Shown here: in pieces, positions 7,081 to 7,753 of the stretch | How the letters are laid out: each line of letters starts with the position of its first letter | Position numbering within the stretch: the stretch's first letter is position 1 | Notes under the pieces: model-generated | Databases searched by the model: none | What the model was told of the DNA's origin: nothing | What the model saw: the letters and a program-made list of their open reading frames with translations, nothing else | Program-made: the position numbers and the translations under genes | NCBI GenBank assembly: GCA_002779075.1 | Contig: PEXK01000048.1 | Span: forward strand, 1 to 7,753 | Length of the DNA: 7,753 bases | Source: Candidatus Diapherotrites archaeon CG08_land_8_20_14_0_20_30_16 | GTDB taxonomy: Archaea; Iainarchaeota; Iainarchaeia; Iainarchaeales; 0-14-0-20-30-16 | Direction of reading: 5' to 3'

Positions 7081-7110
7081 TTTATAAATATTTAATAGTC
7101 TTTTATATAT
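7081..7110 (-). promoter_or_regulatory. Candidate promoter for the giant ORF: palindromic TATA-like octamer tttataaa (7081..7088) plus a second AT-rich box (minus strand ATATATAAAA, 7110..7101)
   Basis: The minus strand reads ...ATATATAAAAGACTATTAAATATTTATAAAGGAAAGAACAGGAAAGAACACTCGTGGTATTATG. TTTATAAA resembles the archaeal TATA consensus (TTTAWATA-like). It is centred about 35 nt before the ATG, which would imply a leader of only ~8-10 nt. No convincing bacterial -35 (TTGACA-like) sits 17 bp upstream of a -10. No strong GGAGG lies 5-10 nt before the ATG. The call is speculative without transcript data. Confidence 0.3.
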
Positions 7111-7132
7111 TTAACTATTATTACACTAAACA

Positions 7133-7146
7133 GCATAATTTTATGC
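7133..7146 (-). terminator. Small perfect palindrome gcataattttatgc downstream of the upstream gene's stop; weak hairpin-terminator candidate
   Basis: The GCATAA/TTATGC arms are separated by 2 nt, giving in practice a ~5-bp stem with a 4-nt loop. The palindrome begins 34 nt after the TAG at 7182..7180. On the minus strand it is followed by TGTTTAG, which is only a short T run. The stem is AT-rich and short, so predicted stability is low. Confidence 0.2.
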
Positions 7147-7179
7147 GTTGGAAGTCACTTTTTGGGGTTATGTACACTA

Positions 7180-7753
7180 CTAATGAGGTTCATTAACAAA
7201 TACTCTTGTGCTTAACTCGTTTCCTGAAATACAAAGCAAATTAGAATCTATACCCTCTAAGACACTATTGAGATTTTCTATACCAAACTCTTTAGTATTA
7301 TTTATCTTTATGTTTGGATTTTCTAAATTAACTGTCTTTACATCTTCTATTAGAACAGAAGCATTGCTTGGAGCATAAATATAAGAATAAATGTTATAAT
7401 CTGCTAAATCTGTTACAGCTTCTTTAGTGTATTCTATTTTTGATGCTTTATTTGACACATTATCTTCAGATAATGATTGAACTGCAACTTTAGGATAGGT
7501 ATCAAAGAGTTTCTGGCCTGTAAAATCAGTTTTTTCATAGCTTTCTTTAGAAACAAACCAGGGTAAAAGGGAGCTTTCTGCAATCTGTGATTCTCCATTA
7601 TATATTATTTCATAGAAAAGACTTACAGGAGAATCTATTTGCTTGTTTTTCATTTTTGCTTCTGCTTTCCAAATTGCTAAATCAGGGATAAACCCAATAG
7701 AAATGATATTAGTGGGTGCTTTAGACAATTTAGCATCTAAAACAGTGCCTCTT
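7180..7753 (-). CDS. C-terminal 190 codons plus stop of an upstream paralogue of the giant protein; 5' end cut by the window edge
   Basis: This is track ORF 7180..7728, but position 7728 is a TTG. The frame stays open upstream to the edge (RGTVLDAK precedes it), so the listed start is an artefact. The stop is TAG at 7182..7180. The product aligns with the giant ORF tail: RGT[IV]L, then LPWFVS, DFTGQ-L-D-YP. Confidence 0.85.
   Translation of the reverse strand, partial: RGTVLDAKLSKAPTNIISIGFIPDLAIWKAEAKMKNKQIDSPVSLFYEIIYNGESQIAESSLLPWFVSKESYEKTDFTGQKLFDTYPKVAVQSLSEDNVSNKASKIEYTKEAVTDLADYNIYSYIYAPSNASVLIEDVKTVNLENPNIKINNTKEFGIENLNSVLEGIDSNLLCISGNELSTRVFVNEPH

Noticed and set aside
7122-7179. 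A 7-nt direct repeat TAGTGTA (minus strand, at 7179..7173 and 7128..7122) and the palindrome tgtaca at 7171..7176.
   Set aside because: Both are too short to distinguish from chance in an AT-rich spacer, and no supporting context was found.
7726-7728. TTG at 7728 as the true start of a 182-aa protein, as drawn in the track.
   Set aside because: The frame continues open to the window edge (RGTVLDAK upstream). The homology with the giant ORF also starts upstream of this codon (RGT[IV]L), so it is an internal Leu codon of a longer gene.
1-7753. tRNA, rRNA, CRISPR arrays, IS or transposon ends and integrase remnants.
   Set aside because: No cloverleaf-capable GC-rich segments, spaced direct repeats or terminal inverted repeats were seen. 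The only non-coding DNA is the 130-bp spacer at 7050..7179.

Overview
No tools were run. Every call below comes from translating the sequence by hand and recognising motifs by eye.

**Main result.** The window is AT-rich (about 30% GC, estimated from a few sampled lines). It is almost entirely filled by one uninterrupted minus-strand reading frame that the supplied ORF track does not list.
- The frame runs from ATG at 7049..7047 to the left window edge. It has 2349 complete codons plus 2 nt and no in-frame stop in the standard code.
- Trp-codon checkpoints at 5310..5312, 3276..3278 and 2133..2135 all fall in frame.
- The track probably omits it because its stop lies outside the window.

**Predicted protein architecture.**
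- A K-rich N-terminal tail followed by a signal-anchor helix.
- An ectodomain-like region of about 1490 aa. It has four consecutive carboxypeptidase-regulatory-like/PEGA-like beta-sandwich repeats, a fifth copy further on, and locally paired cysteines.
- A second, internal hydrophobic helix at residues 1540-1562.
- A compact Cys/Trp-rich module carrying a recurring K-x-W-D-[DT]...C motif.
- A C-terminal module shared with the neighbouring gene.

**Neighbouring gene and spacer.** A 130-bp spacer lies upstream (7050..7179). It holds a palindromic TATA-like element, a perfect 2 x 10-bp tandem repeat and a small palindrome. Beyond it is the 3' end of a second minus-strand gene (7180..7753, open to the window edge). 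Its C-terminus is a clear paralogue of the giant ORF's last ~100 in-window residues. The locus is therefore a head-to-tail array of giant paralogous membrane proteins.

**Limits.** No enzymatic motif, RNA gene, CRISPR array or mobile element was recognised. Function and source organism cannot be established from the sequence alone. A low-GC archaeon, an episymbiont such as DPANN or CPR, or a large AT-rich virus are all conceivable.
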